Counted from the first letter of the stretch, positions 46,747 to 57,345 are shown. The stretch is 64,000 nucleotides of DNA from an uncultured Nitrososphaerota archaeon (GCA_963838925.1 CAWISW010000003.1:384001-448000); one strand, 5' to 3'. Numbers and translations: made by a program. Notes: generated by a model from the sequence alone, not told the origin.

Positions 46747-48024
46747 TTGCCTGATTCGGCGATAGTAAAGTACCTCGTCAAACTGAGGTTCGACGTAGAC
46801 GGTGTGGTCGAGAAGGCGGACTTGATTGGCGCAATCTTCGGCCAGACCGAGGGGCTCTTCGGCCCTGAGATGAACCTAAACGAACTCCAGAAGACGTGGA
46901 AAGTCGGACGAATAGAGATCAATCTAGAGTCCAAGATGGACAAGACATACGGCTCCATCCTGATCCCGATGTCGACGGACGTCAGCACCGCGGCTCTCAT
47001 CGCCGCGGCTGTCGAGAGCGTCGAAAAGGTCGGTCCTTGCTCCGCGAGGGTGATCCTCGAGGGGATAGAGGACGTCAGGGCGTCCAAGAGGGCACAGATC
47101 GCGGACCGCGCGAAGGACATCATGAAGGAGTGGAGCTCGCGCACCTCGAGCGAGGGCGAGAACCTGCTCAAGGACGTCCAAGAGTCCACAAAGAGGGCGC
47201 GCGTCGTCAACTTCGGCGTGGAGAACCTCCCCGCAGGGCCTGGAGTTTACACGGCGGACGGAGTATACATCGTGGAAGGCAGGGCGGACGTCGTCCTCTT
47301 CCTGAGGGCTGGCATCGAGAACGTGGTGGCCATCGAAGGAACGAGCATACCGCACTCGGTGATCGACCTGAGCAGGAAGAAGAGGATTATCGCGGTCCTC
47401 GACGGCGACAGGGGCGGCGACCTCATCGAGAAGGAGCTGGCCCAGGTCATGAAGGTAGAGAAGGTGATCAGGGCGCCCGACGGCAAGGAGGTCGAGGACC
47501 TCACCCCGATCGAGGTGCACCAGATGCTCAGGGGCGAGCTCGAGGGGCGAAACCCGCGAGCGGCCAGGCAGGAGAGGTCTGAGCGCTACGAGAGGCGCGA
47601 GAGGCCCGAGAGGGCAGAGCGATATGAGAGACGGGAGAGACCCGAGAGGGCCCCCCGGTACGAGAGATACGAGAGGGCGCCTAGGGCGGAGGAGCAGCCA
47701 GCCGGGCCCGCGGTCCCTCCAGTCCCGGCGCCGATGGTAGAGAAGGTCAAGGAGGTCTTCCCATCGATAAACGGGACGCTCGAGGCGATGCTGCTCGACG
47801 AGAACCTCAACGAGAAGGGGCGCCTTCCGATAAGCGAGCTCGTAGCGAAGCTCGACAACGCGGGCGCGACCTATCTGGTCTTCGACGGCATAGTGACACA
47901 GAGGCTGATAGACGCAGCCGGAAAGGCGAGCGTCAAAGGGATAATCGGGCACAGGGTCGGGGAGATCAAGAACATGCCCGAGGGCTTGAGCGTAGGCACA
48001 TTCAGAGACCTACAGCTCGAGTGA
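46747..48024 (+). CDS. dnaG: Archaeal DnaG (primase/exosome-associated)
   Basis: GAIFGQTEGL, VEGRADV, DGDRGG, FDGIVTQRL. Confidence 0.95.
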   Translation: MPDSAIVKYLVKLRFDVDGVVEKADLIGAIFGQTEGLFGPEMNLNELQKTWKVGRIEINLESKMDKTYGSILIPMSTDVSTAALIAAAVESVEKVGPCSARVILEGIEDVRASKRAQIADRAKDIMKEWSSRTSSEGENLLKDVQESTKRARVVNFGVENLPAGPGVYTADGVYIVEGRADVVLFLRAGIENVVAIEGTSIPHSVIDLSRKKRIIAVLDGDRGGDLIEKELAQVMKVEKVIRAPDGKEVEDLTPIEVHQMLRGELEGRNPRAARQERSERYERRERPERAERYERRERPERAPRYERYERAPRAEEQPAGPAVPPVPAPMVEKVKEVFPSINGTLEAMLLDENLNEKGRLPISELVAKLDNAGATYLVFDGIVTQRLIDAAGKASVKGIIGHRVGEIKNMPEGLSVGTFRDLQLE

Positions 48025-48028
48025 GCGC

Positions 48029-49108
48029 TTGATAGTAAGCGAGTTCATCCCAAAGCAAGGCATCTGCAGGCTCACAGTGGAGTCTCCGGACGACCTCTGG
48101 ACCCTGCGCAGGCTCCTCGCCATCGGCGACACCGTCGTCACGAAGAGCTCCCGCGTCTCCAAGAGGGAGGGCGACTACACGAGGCCCGACAAGGGAGAGC
48201 GGATCAAGGTCACCATCGCCCTCAAGATCGAGGGGATCACCCTGGACAGCAGCGTCGGCAGGCTCCGGATCAGGGGCAAGATAGTCGAGGCGAGCGACGA
48301 CAGCGTCACCAAGGCCGGCTCCCACTCGCTCCTCCTCTCTCCGGGCCAGGAGCTGACGATCAGGAAGGAGGACTGGGGGCCCTCCGACACGAGGGTCCTC
48401 AACTCCTCGACAGAGTCCGAGCGCAGGTTCCTCCTGGTCGCGATAGACCGGAGGGAGGCGGGCGTAGGCCTGCTCACCGGCTCCCACCTCACCATCGTCT
48501 CCACCCTGGAGTCGGGCGCGTCTGGGAAGGGGGGCTCGAACCAGAAGGAGGTCGACATGCAGCCCTACTTCAGCAAGGTCCTCCAGCTCCTGAAGGCCAC
48601 CTGGCGCGAGGGCGACGTCGTCGTGGTGGCGGGGCCCGGGAACACGAAGCTCACGATGGAGAACCTCCTCAGGAAGGACCCCGACCTGAGGAAGAACGAG
48701 GTCCTCGTGGAGGGCTTCGACCTCTCCGGGGCGGACGGCGTGAGGGCGCTGGTAAAGTCCGAGGGGTTCAGGAAGGTGGCGAGCGACAGCGTCCTGGTCG
48801 AGGTCCAGGAGGCGGTCGAGGAGGCCATCAGGCGGATATCGCGGGGGGAGAAGAGGATCGCCTACACGCTCGCGCGGGTCTCCGAGGCCGGCAAGGCCGG
48901 GGCGGTGGAGAAGTGCATCGTCTCGGACGACGTCTTCGCCAACAACCTCGACGAGAACGAGCTCGTCAGGACGCTCAACGGGATCGAGGAGAAGGGAGGC
49001 AAGGTCTTCCTTTGCGACTCCTCGCTGGAGACCGGAAAGCAGGTCTCCGCGCTTGGGGGGATAGTCGCCCTTCTGCGGTACGACATCTCGACCATGCCTC
49101 AGCGCTAG
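48029..49108 (+). CDS. pelA: Pelota (Dom34) ribosome rescue factor
   Basis: DDLW.L...GD, RLRIRG, AGPG..K, LGGIVALLRY. Confidence 0.93.
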   Translation: MIVSEFIPKQGICRLTVESPDDLWTLRRLLAIGDTVVTKSSRVSKREGDYTRPDKGERIKVTIALKIEGITLDSSVGRLRIRGKIVEASDDSVTKAGSHSLLLSPGQELTIRKEDWGPSDTRVLNSSTESERRFLLVAIDRREAGVGLLTGSHLTIVSTLESGASGKGGSNQKEVDMQPYFSKVLQLLKATWREGDVVVVAGPGNTKLTMENLLRKDPDLRKNEVLVEGFDLSGADGVRALVKSEGFRKVASDSVLVEVQEAVEEAIRRISRGEKRIAYTLARVSEAGKAGAVEKCIVSDDVFANNLDENELVRTLNGIEEKGGKVFLCDSSLETGKQVSALGGIVALLRYDISTMPQR

Positions 49109-49434
49109 CCGATAAGACCGCCGACAACGGGAATTATGAATTCGGTGATGATGACAAGCAGGACTCCCCCTATGATGAGATCCTTGCCCAGCCTTCGGCC
49201 GAGGTGCGTATAGTAGAGGAGGACTCCGACCAACAGACACGTGACATAGGCGACTCGGACAATGTCAACCACGGCTGTGTTTATGGCAATGAGGGTTGCG
49301 GTCGTTTCAGACGCGAACTGGCTCGCGTATTGTTGGATTCCCGCCTCGATTCCGGTCGGTTGGGCCGCGTCCAAAATAGCTAGTCCCATGGCGGACGCGA
49401 CTGCTGGCAGAACCAGCAAGAGCGACGGGGTCAT
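49105..49434 (-). CDS. Small membrane protein
   Basis: Signal plus 2 TM separated by RRLGKD. Confidence 0.6.
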   Translation of the reverse strand: MTPSLLLVLPAVASAMGLAILDAAQPTGIEAGIQQYASQFASETTATLIAINTAVVDIVRVAYVTCLLVGVLLYYTHLGRRLGKDLIIGGVLLVIITEFIIPVVGGLIG

Positions 49435-49474
49435 CCCCCTGATAGTCTAATCCGCTATTTAACCGGCAACGCGG

Positions 49475-50782
49475 TCAGGTCGGCTGGAACGCGCCGGCGA
49501 TGTAGGGCCCCGCGATGACCGCGAAGAGCGCGAAGAAGATCGCGAGGGTCACGCCCGTCGTGACCCGCCTCGCGAGCTCCTCGCTAATCCTCCCCCTCCC
49601 CGCGCCCGTCAGCGCGACCTGGAAGGCCTGCCCTCCGTCCATGGGGTAGATGGGGAGGCTGTTGAATATCGCGAGGTTGAAGTTGACGAAGAACATCCAG
49701 AAGAGGGCCGAGGTGACCAGGGGGGTCATGCCCCCGAGGGGCGAGGTGTAGAACGGGGAGAGCACGTCGGAGAACGGCACCCTGTACTCGGACGTCGCGA
49801 ACGTCGGGATGTCCACGAGGTACGCGAGCGGGGAGACCTTGTACGCGGTCAGGTAGCTGCTTGCAGTCGACTGCAGAGAGCCGTAGCTCTCCTGGTCCAC
49901 CCCGAGGAAGGGGTAGGTGGCCGTGGAGCTCACGCCGCTGGTCTCGTTGATCGTCGTCACGGTGTAGTTGCTCAGGACCACGTTGTCGATGGTCCTGGTC
50001 TGCCCAGCGCGCCATATGGTGACGTTCACCTTCTCGCCCACGAAGTAAGTCCCGTTGTGCAAGATGCTCAGGTCGGTCACGGGCGCGTTGTTGAGGGCTA
50101 CCACGAAGTCGCCGGGCTTGATCCCCGCCACGTACGCGGGGGAGTGCAGAGACGGGGAGTCGGGCACCACGCCCACGATGCCCGCGCCCTTGACCGCGGG
50201 CACCATCGTCGAGACCGTCAGTATGAGCAGAAGTATGCAGGCGATGCCGACGATGAAGTTGATCCCCGAGCCGGCGCCGAGCACCCTGAGCGAGTCCCTG
50301 CTCCGCGACTGCTTCATCTGCTTGTCGTCCACCTCCACGAACGCCCCGATGGGGAGGAAGGCCAGGAGGAGGACGCCTGCGGCCTTGACCCTCAGGCCGA
50401 GGTTGCGCGCGACGATCCCGTGGGACGCCTCGTGGATGACGACGGCGACGATCACGGCTAGCCAGACACTGAGGGGGAGGTAGGGGTTGATCCCCGGGAG
50501 CAGGAAGTTGGCCAAGGGGGAGATCGTCCGGACGCTCGAGGCGATCGCCGCGCCCTCGGGGGAGAAGTAGAGTGCGGAGACCTCGATTGCGATGACGTAG
50601 ATTGCGATCGCCGCCTCGACCGGGACGAGGGCGACCATAAGCCAGCCCAGCGGCTTGCTGACTCTCCAATTCCCGAGTTTGTCCATCAAACCGAGGCCCC
50701 TCTTCGTCCTGAGCATGAAGAAGAGGAACCAGCGCGAGACGGGCTTGTACTCCTGCGCCTCGTCTTCGGGATTGTCGGACAT
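49475..50782 (-). CDS. Site-2 protease (M50) with PDZ domain
   Basis: HEASH, GAFVE, FNSLPIYPMDGG, GIKPGD. Confidence 0.92.
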   Translation of the reverse strand: MSDNPEDEAQEYKPVSRWFLFFMLRTKRGLGLMDKLGNWRVSKPLGWLMVALVPVEAAIAIYVIAIEVSALYFSPEGAAIASSVRTISPLANFLLPGINPYLPLSVWLAVIVAVVIHEASHGIVARNLGLRVKAAGVLLLAFLPIGAFVEVDDKQMKQSRSRDSLRVLGAGSGINFIVGIACILLLILTVSTMVPAVKGAGIVGVVPDSPSLHSPAYVAGIKPGDFVVALNNAPVTDLSILHNGTYFVGEKVNVTIWRAGQTRTIDNVVLSNYTVTTINETSGVSSTATYPFLGVDQESYGSLQSTASSYLTAYKVSPLAYLVDIPTFATSEYRVPFSDVLSPFYTSPLGGMTPLVTSALFWMFFVNFNLAIFNSLPIYPMDGGQAFQVALTGAGRGRISEELARRVTTGVTLAIFFALFAVIAGPYIAGAFQPT

Positions 50783-50861
50783 ACCTGTCAGATCAAGTTT
50801 GCTCGCCCGACGAGAACCCTTTAAGGTTTGCACCGGCGCGACCACCTCAGGGCGCGATTTC

Positions 50862-51812
50862 TTGGTGGACTGCTCTAGGTGCGGGCTGAGGCCTTCCTAC
50901 TACACCAGGAGGTATTCGGGGGAGAGTCTCTGCGCGGACTGCTTCCAGGAGACCACCGTCGAGAAGGTGAGGCGTACCATCTCGAAGTACGGCATGCTGC
51001 GCCACGGCGAGAAGGTCGGGGTGGCGGTCTCCGGCGGGAAGGACAGCCTCTCCCTCCTGAGAATGCTCCATGGCCTGAGCGCCGGCGAGGGCTCCGGGGC
51101 GAAGTACGAGCTGGTCGCCCTGACGGTGGACGAGGGGGTCGCCGGATACCGCGACGAGGCCATCGAGCACGCGCGTGCGCTGTGCGGAGAGCTCGGCGTC
51201 GAGCTCGTGCTGGTCTCCTACAGCGAACTATTCGGGTTCAGCCTCGACCAGGCCCTCGACTGGAAGGACGAGCGCGAGCTCTCCTCGTGCAGCATGTGCG
51301 GCGTGTTCCGGAGGCGCGCCATCGACGAGGCGGCGCTCAGGGCGAAGGTGAACGTCGTGGCGACCGCGCACAACCTCGACGACTACGTCCAGACGTTCAT
51401 GATGAACCTCCTCCACGGCGACGTCGAGCGGATTGGCTGGCTCGACCCGTCCGCCTACGACGACAACTTCCCCGTCCGCAGGGTAAAGCCCCTCACGGAG
51501 GTCTACGAGGAGGAGGTCGCCCTCTACGCGTACCTCTCGAAGATACCCTTCCAGAGCGCGAGCTGCCCGTACATGCACGAGGGCCTCAGGAGCGAGGTCC
51601 GCGACTACCTCAACGAGCTCGAGTCAAGGCATCCGGGAATGAAGAACACGCTCTTGAAATCTTCTCTTTCGCTGACTTCCAGGCTGAAACAACCCAAGTC
51701 TAAGGAAAAAATGCTTTGTTCCAAGTGCGGCGCAATTTCTTCCAGTGAGGTATGCGGCGTATGCAGAATGAAAGAGATTATAGCTGAACACACAGGTATC
51801 GGTGCGAAATAA
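50862..51812 (+). CDS. tRNA 2-thiolation protein TtuA/Ncs6 (TIGR00269)
   Basis: SGGKDS, CSMCGVFRR, TAHNLDD, CPY, terminal CxxC pairs. Confidence 0.9.
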   Translation: MVDCSRCGLRPSYYTRRYSGESLCADCFQETTVEKVRRTISKYGMLRHGEKVGVAVSGGKDSLSLLRMLHGLSAGEGSGAKYELVALTVDEGVAGYRDEAIEHARALCGELGVELVLVSYSELFGFSLDQALDWKDERELSSCSMCGVFRRRAIDEAALRAKVNVVATAHNLDDYVQTFMMNLLHGDVERIGWLDPSAYDDNFPVRRVKPLTEVYEEEVALYAYLSKIPFQSASCPYMHEGLRSEVRDYLNELESRHPGMKNTLLKSSLSLTSRLKQPKSKEKMLCSKCGAISSSEVCGVCRMKEIIAEHTGIGAK

Positions 51813-51857
51813 CCAGCGGTATGTATGTGATTAAATACAACTTCGTCGAATCTCGGT

Positions 51858-52505
51858 GTGGATTCGCAAGCCGGAGAACTCGCAGGCATAGTCAAATCTG
51901 CGACCGATTCCCAATTACGGGTTCTCCGGGAGGAGGAGAGAGTCACATATCATTCCGGGAACAAACGGTTGGATAGTTTCGCCGTTAGGCAGGAAGACCT
52001 TACCAAATTGCGAGAACGAATAAACCGCATCAAGTCGCTACGAAGCGTTGACAAACAGTTTGTTGCAACTATGCTGGACACTGAAGTTGCAATTGGTTAT
52101 TTTAGGAAGAAGGAGTTCTATGTTAGGACAGGCTTCGTAATCGGCAGATGGAAAGCCTACGTTTCCGTTAAGATGACATACAAAGGTGACATAGCTCGCC
52201 TAGCAACTTTTCTAGGTCTACAGGTACCGAGCAAGACCAAACTGCATTACAATACCTTGAAGGCAACCAAAGAGGGAGTCTGGTGTCTTCAAACAACTGG
52301 AATCATCCCTTATGTGGCAATAAAGACGGTTGCGCCCTTTCTCTATAATGAGAAGACAAAGATTGAAGCCGAGTCAATAATCAAACACGGCCCGTTTGTC
52401 CCCGGCGAATTCCGTCACCCATTCGAGGATGACGGTGGAGTGAGAGTCAAGAGAGGGGTGTGGATTTGGCCCGGCCTAGAGAAGGCGAACCTGCAAACCA
52501 TTTAA
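51858..52505 (+). CDS. Single-motif LAGLIDADG-like protein
   Basis: FVATMLDTEVAIG...VSVKMT...PFLYNEKTK.EAE...GPF; low GC; stop TAA lies in the SRP TATA box. Confidence 0.65.
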   Translation: MDSQAGELAGIVKSATDSQLRVLREEERVTYHSGNKRLDSFAVRQEDLTKLRERINRIKSLRSVDKQFVATMLDTEVAIGYFRKKEFYVRTGFVIGRWKAYVSVKMTYKGDIARLATFLGLQVPSKTKLHYNTLKATKEGVWCLQTTGIIPYVAIKTVAPFLYNEKTKIEAESIIKHGPFVPGEFRHPFEDDGGVRVKRGVWIWPGLEKANLQTI

Positions 52506-52528
52506 GCGGGTCACAATGCGGTTGAGAC

Positions 52529-52843
52529 TGGTGGCGGGTAGGGCTGGGAGGCTAGCCGTCTTCTCCACTCCAACCGGCTATAGGAGTGCCAGTAACCGTC
52601 GGGTAAAGCCATCCCTCCTCTTTCCTGCGCGCCTGGGCGAGATGATCTCACGCCGGAGCGGGCGGTCGCGAGGTGCGGGCTCCTCGAAGGAGGGGTTCTG
52701 ACTCTTGATTGCCGAAACGGGTGAGGTCCGGGAGGGAGCAACCCTAAGGTGACACGGCCACGCTGCTCCGTCTACGTGTGGGATCGCCCGGTGTGCGCGA
52801 TTGGGAGGGGACGGGGTGGTGAACTCCGGCGGGTCTGCCACCA
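52529..52843 (+). ncRNA. ffs: SRP (7S) RNA
   Basis: Terminal helix TGGTGGCGGG/TCTGCCACCA, helix-8 motif GGGTGAGGTCCGGGAGGGAGCAACCC, ~315 nt, TTTAAG at 52501. Confidence 0.9.
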
Positions 52844-52904
52844 TTTTGTGGCGAACACCGCGGTCCGTTAAATGCGAACGCGCCTTCATAGTAGGTGCCA
52901 TGAG

Positions 52905-54206
52905 ATGAGACAGACGTTCGAGCGCTCCCCATACAGGCACCTCCTCGAGGACCCGGTGGTCCTCGGCTGGGTAACGGAGGGACAGAGGGGGAGCCCGGCC
53001 CTCGCGGGAGGGAGGTTCAGGCGCCTGGGGAACGCGTGCGCCGCATTGAAGACGACCCCGGCAGAGCTCGCTAAGATGGACGAGAGGCAGGCCGTGGGCT
53101 TCCTGCGGCAGCTCGTGGGCGTGTGCGAGGCGAGGGGGATCACGGGCGTGACGACCAAGGGCTACGTCACGGCGGTCAAGAGCTGGTGGCGCTTCAACGA
53201 CCTCGAGGTGAGGAAGAGGGTGACGATCAGGCAGGGGGCGGGGATCTACGACAACGAGCGCATCCCGACGAGGGAGGAGCTCCAGAGGATCCTCGACGTC
53301 TCGCCCATGAGGGAGAAGGTCGCCGCCTCGCTCATCGCCTTCTGCGGATTCAGGCCGCAGGTCTTCGGCGACTTTTTGGGGACGGACGGGCTCGTGCTCG
53401 GGGACGTCCCCGAGATGGAGGTGGCGGGGAGGGAGGTGCGGTTCTCGAAGGTGCCGGCCCTCGTCAGGGTGAGGAAGACGATAAGCAAGAAGCGGAACGC
53501 GTACTTCGCGTTCGCGCCGCAGCAGGCCTGCGACTACCTGAAGAACTACCTCGAGCGGCGGATCGGCCGCGGCGAGGGGCTCTCCCCGGAGTCGCCGCTG
53601 CTCACCTCGGTCTGGGACTACGACCCGCGCCAGGCCGCGCGCATCCGTACGGCCAACATCCAGAAGACCATCGGGAAGTCGATGAGGAAGGCCGGGTTCG
53701 GGTGGCGCCCGTACGTGCTCCGCAGGTACTTCGACGTGCGGATGATGGAGGCGGAGGCCGACGGCCTGATCATCCCCGACTGGCGCGCGTTCTGGATGGG
53801 GCACGCCGGGAGCATGGAGGCGACGTACACGGTGAACAAGGCGCTCCCGGAGGCGACCATCGAGAAGATGCGCGAGGCCTATGGGAGGGCGTGCGAGAAG
53901 CACCTCACCACCGGGAAGGCGGAGGGGGTCACCAGGGAGACGATGCTCGCGACGTTCAACAGGCGCTTCCTCAAGCTCTCTGGGTGGGCGGACGGGGAGG
54001 TCGAGGCCCTCGGCGACCTCAGCGCGATCGGGGAGGAGAGGCTGCAGGAGCTGCTCGAGCAGAAGAGCATGCGGAAGCTGGGCCTCAACGGGAACAGGCA
54101 GAAGGTGGTGCAGATCGGCGATGTCAAGAGGTTCATCGAGGAGGGGTGGGAGTACCTGTCGACGCTCCCCTCGGGGGAGGCAATCGTCAGGCTTCCGGGC
54201 GGCTAG
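52905..54206 (+). CDS. Tyrosine recombinase/integrase
   Basis: GFRP (R), ISK (K), YVLRRYF, WMGH, ATY (Y); high GC. Confidence 0.88.
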   Translation: MRQTFERSPYRHLLEDPVVLGWVTEGQRGSPALAGGRFRRLGNACAALKTTPAELAKMDERQAVGFLRQLVGVCEARGITGVTTKGYVTAVKSWWRFNDLEVRKRVTIRQGAGIYDNERIPTREELQRILDVSPMREKVAASLIAFCGFRPQVFGDFLGTDGLVLGDVPEMEVAGREVRFSKVPALVRVRKTISKKRNAYFAFAPQQACDYLKNYLERRIGRGEGLSPESPLLTSVWDYDPRQAARIRTANIQKTIGKSMRKAGFGWRPYVLRRYFDVRMMEAEADGLIIPDWRAFWMGHAGSMEATYTVNKALPEATIEKMREAYGRACEKHLTTGKAEGVTRETMLATFNRRFLKLSGWADGEVEALGDLSAIGEERLQELLEQKSMRKLGLNGNRQKVVQIGDVKRFIEEGWEYLSTLPSGEAIVRLPGG

Positions 54207-54279
54207 CTGGACACTTGGAGTCGCGTTTTGCCTTTGTGCAGTTGTGGAAGCGAGAGTCACGCGCTTTCCTTCGCTCGAG

Positions 54280-54480
54280 TCATGAACTGGAGCGGTTCAG
54301 CTCGCGGTAGAGCAACCTTGAGTAGAGCTTGAGCTTGATCAGCAACTCGTCCTCTGGGACGTGGTCGGGCTCCGAGAGGATAAGGTCCCTGAGGGCGCTC
54401 GAAGAAGGGAGCGTGGTTCTCGCAAGGTTCTTCAGGTCGACGATGCTCACGAGGGCCTGGGCGCGGTCGGGAGACTGCAT
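54280..54480 (-). CDS. Small mobile-element-associated protein
   Basis: LP..S.LRDLILSEPD helical protein convergent with the integrase. Confidence 0.5.
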   Translation of the reverse strand: MQSPDRAQALVSIVDLKNLARTTLPSSSALRDLILSEPDHVPEDELLIKLKLYSRLLYRELNRSSS

Positions 54481-54754
54481 GCTTCCACTGACGGTAGCCT
54501 GCTGCCGCATTTAACAGGGCATGGCCTCTGAACCGACATGGCTGGGAGTCCATTCCTCACGGTGAGGGTGCATCAACAGTTGACTTCTTGGCCATCCGCT
54601 CAGGCGCGAGGAGAAGGGCCTGCGATACCCACACGCCTTCGATTCGCACGACCTGGTCAAAATCCCCTCTCCAGTAATGGCCCCTACTTGCCCGGGCCCG
54701 GCGGGTTGCTCTTGAAAAATTAAGCGCGAGTCGTTGCGAATGGATTTGAGAACG

Positions 54755-55510
54755 TCAGCCGTTGACCACCGTGAAATGCATGACCGACACTTGACCCCAC
54801 TCGTCCTCCACCGCCACACTGTAGGTTCCAGGAGTGAAGGGTGTTGTTGGCGGAGGTCCTCCATTGCCGCCCCCGATTATGGGATTCTGTGAACCCGAGA
54901 AGTTTGCGAGGTTCCAATAACCACTCGTGGTAAAGTTGTATGACATGACATAGGGCCCGAATTCTTGGACGACTCCCGGCCCCGGTCCAGTCCAAGTGAC
55001 GTTTGCCATGTCGCTGTCAGGCTGGAACGTGATGGTTTTCGCAATCAGGGCGCTATAGCAAGTATATCCGAAGGTGGCGTTGACAGCAGTTGGCAACTGC
55101 TGGACAGAGTAGTTTCCGCTGACAATTTCTACTTCGAGAGGGTAGTTCAAATGACAGGCGCCCCAAGGAGTGACTGGAACACCTTCGAACGACCAGTCAG
55201 TGGACGGAAGGACCGTTGCAACAGTTGGTAGGATGTTCGTTACCCAAATAGAAAGACTCAGATTCTGACCCACTACCAGGTTAGCAGAATTGAGGGATGT
55301 TGTCAACCTAAGGATAGTTGATGCGTTTGATTGGATGAATGAGGATGAAGTCGTCTGTGATGTTCCGGTTGCCGTGATGCCCGACTCCGAACTTCTCGAG
55401 CCGGACCCTTTCTTAGGATAGAGGAGGGCCAAAGTTAAGGCTCCGACTAGAATTATGACAATCAGTCCTATGACAAGTGGAACCTTATGACTATGCCGAC
55501 TTAGATTCAT
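54755..55510 (-). CDS. Membrane-anchored secreted protein (paralog of 2438-3568)
   Basis: TM, S/T linker, PFTPGTYSVAVEDEWGQ. Confidence 0.75.
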   Translation of the reverse strand: MNLSRHSHKVPLVIGLIVIILVGALTLALLYPKKGSGSRSSESGITATGTSQTTSSSFIQSNASTILRLTTSLNSANLVVGQNLSLSIWVTNILPTVATVLPSTDWSFEGVPVTPWGACHLNYPLEVEIVSGNYSVQQLPTAVNATFGYTCYSALIAKTITFQPDSDMANVTWTGPGPGVVQEFGPYVMSYNFTTSGYWNLANFSGSQNPIIGGGNGGPPPTTPFTPGTYSVAVEDEWGQVSVMHFTVVNG

Positions 55511-55613
55511 GACTCAATGCCTTCAAGCAAGGCATGCCTCGTTTTGAACTCTTTGCCCAACAGAATCAAGCCGGGTATCCATTTGCAAGCCGCGTAGATG
55601 CGAAAAAGGTGAA

Positions 55614-56576
55614 TCAAGTTCCGCAGCTATTCTGGTAAGTCCACGTAAAGTCACCAGTGATGCTGTTGGGGGTGGATAGAGCCAGGTTATATGGCGATCC
55701 ACAATTATCCATCACGTAGGTATTGTCGTTGCCATTGTGGAAGGGCGTGTAGTAAAATTGGCAGCTCGTCGTGGAATCGCATATCGCAGGATAGATGGCG
55801 GTCACTGAGCTGAAAGTTGGTAGGGCAGCTGTTCCGCCGCTCAATGTCGGGATTTCAGCAATAGTCTGAGACCAGTAGGCCGTGCCTGACTGGCTCAGCA
55901 CACCGCTCGCGCAACCCCAGCCTGCTCCATTATTGGCAGTGTAATCATTCACGAAGGCTTCGTATTGGCTTGAGCTACCACCCCAATATGGCCCCCACTC
56001 TTCGAGCGCTAGCATATAGTCGCCAGTGCTTACAGGATACGAACTTGTTGAGCATGTTCCCAACGTCGAACCGCCCGAGTAAAGCCAGTCCCACCAAGCG
56101 TCATAAGTCGCTGACCCGCATGAGCCTCCAGAGGTGCAGGTGATGGTTCCAGCGGTGCCCGACTGTACCAGGAAACCTCCTCCGCCTGCATTCTGAGACA
56201 TTCCAGTCCAAATGCCTAAATCGCAAGTGTACGGAGATGATGCGTAACACTGACTATTGGAACTGACAGACGGCTGGTAGAAGTACGAGTCCGTGTCGTA
56301 CACCGCCTGTGCACTCCCACCGGAAATATATTGCACCCCATATCCCGACCATTGGCAGCATGGTGCGTAAACCGTCGTGGTAACGTTAATCCCAAGCACC
56401 CGGCTCATAGCGGGATTCTCCCAGACCTGAACCGTTTCAGGGACATTGTAACTCCCAACCTTGGTAACTATTCCTGGAACACTGAAAAGTACTGCGAGTT
56501 CTCCGAGGGCATCGACGCTGCAAGATTGAGAATGGAGACTAAAGTCCCCGGAAACAACTTTGCCAGAGTGTCTCAT
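55614..56576 (-). CDS. G1-family glutamic endopeptidase-like protein
   Basis: WSGY, W.G, LVQSGT (Gln), WW.W, AEIP (Glu), LP.F motifs; start uncertain. Confidence 0.7.
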   Translation of the reverse strand: MRHSGKVVSGDFSLHSQSCSVDALGELAVLFSVPGIVTKVGSYNVPETVQVWENPAMSRVLGINVTTTVYAPCCQWSGYGVQYISGGSAQAVYDTDSYFYQPSVSSNSQCYASSPYTCDLGIWTGMSQNAGGGGFLVQSGTAGTITCTSGGSCGSATYDAWWDWLYSGGSTLGTCSTSSYPVSTGDYMLALEEWGPYWGGSSSQYEAFVNDYTANNGAGWGCASGVLSQSGTAYWSQTIAEIPTLSGGTAALPTFSSVTAIYPAICDSTTSCQFYYTPFHNGNDNTYVMDNCGSPYNLALSTPNSITGDFTWTYQNSCGT

Positions 56577-56796
56577 TCAGCTCCTCAACGTACACCGCGA
56601 AAGACTACTACTCAGGTCATGGTTGGAGCGGGTTCAACACCGCCCCGTCTGGATACGCCTGGAGTGCCGTCGGCGACTGGATTTATCAAGGCACCTCTGA
56701 CATTACCACTGCTATTGTAAGCGGCAGTACAACCCAGTTCACTGAGACGTACGTCTCTAGTCAACAAATATAGGGACGCTCCATCCAATATGCTGA

Positions 56797-57282
56797 ATGA
56801 GCATGAAGACCGCTGTCACAATGGCTTTAGTCCTCCTCTCCGTTGCGTTTGGCACAATTGTCTCTTTCGAGGCAATCTCACTTCGTGAGAGTAACGTGGG
56901 CGCTCAGTCATCTACCATCGAAAATATCGGGACACTTGAAGTCACAACGTCTTCTTCCTTGTGCCCCGGATTGCAGGATAACATGATTGCCCTGAACAAA
57001 ACAATCGCCGCGATTCAACAGAACGCCACCTTTGTTCTTCTTGAGAAAGGAATGGGCTACAACTATTCTTCAGATGAGGTGTCTTACATACACTATGACA
57101 ACGGAACGAATGTTTGCGAGAATGCGATCTTGCAGTTCACCCCTGAAATTCCTAATTGCGGTCCGACCATTGTTGCTATGGTGACTGCGGGTGGTAGCAT
57201 TGTTGCAGTCTACTCTGCTTCTGCTCTGAGTAACCATGGTTACACTCAGTCTTACTCAACCAATTCAACCAGCGGGTGCTGA
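56797..57282 (+). CDS. Secreted hypothetical protein
   Basis: Signal peptide, low GC. Confidence 0.6.
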   Translation: MSMKTAVTMALVLLSVAFGTIVSFEAISLRESNVGAQSSTIENIGTLEVTTSSSLCPGLQDNMIALNKTIAAIQQNATFVLLEKGMGYNYSSDEVSYIHYDNGTNVCENAILQFTPEIPNCGPTIVAMVTAGGSIVAVYSASALSNHGYTQSYSTNSTSGC

Positions 57283-57345
57283 AGTCAAAGTCTGTCGAGT
57301 TTGAGAGCAATTTGCCCCAGTTCAGTTTCTGTCCGAATCGGAGGC

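Noticed and set aside
52578-54260. Long antisense or alternate-frame ORFs (also 21542-23002, 48002-49240, 26044-27012, 8311-9228)
   Set aside because: These are shadow ORFs of high-GC3 genes with no recognisable motifs.
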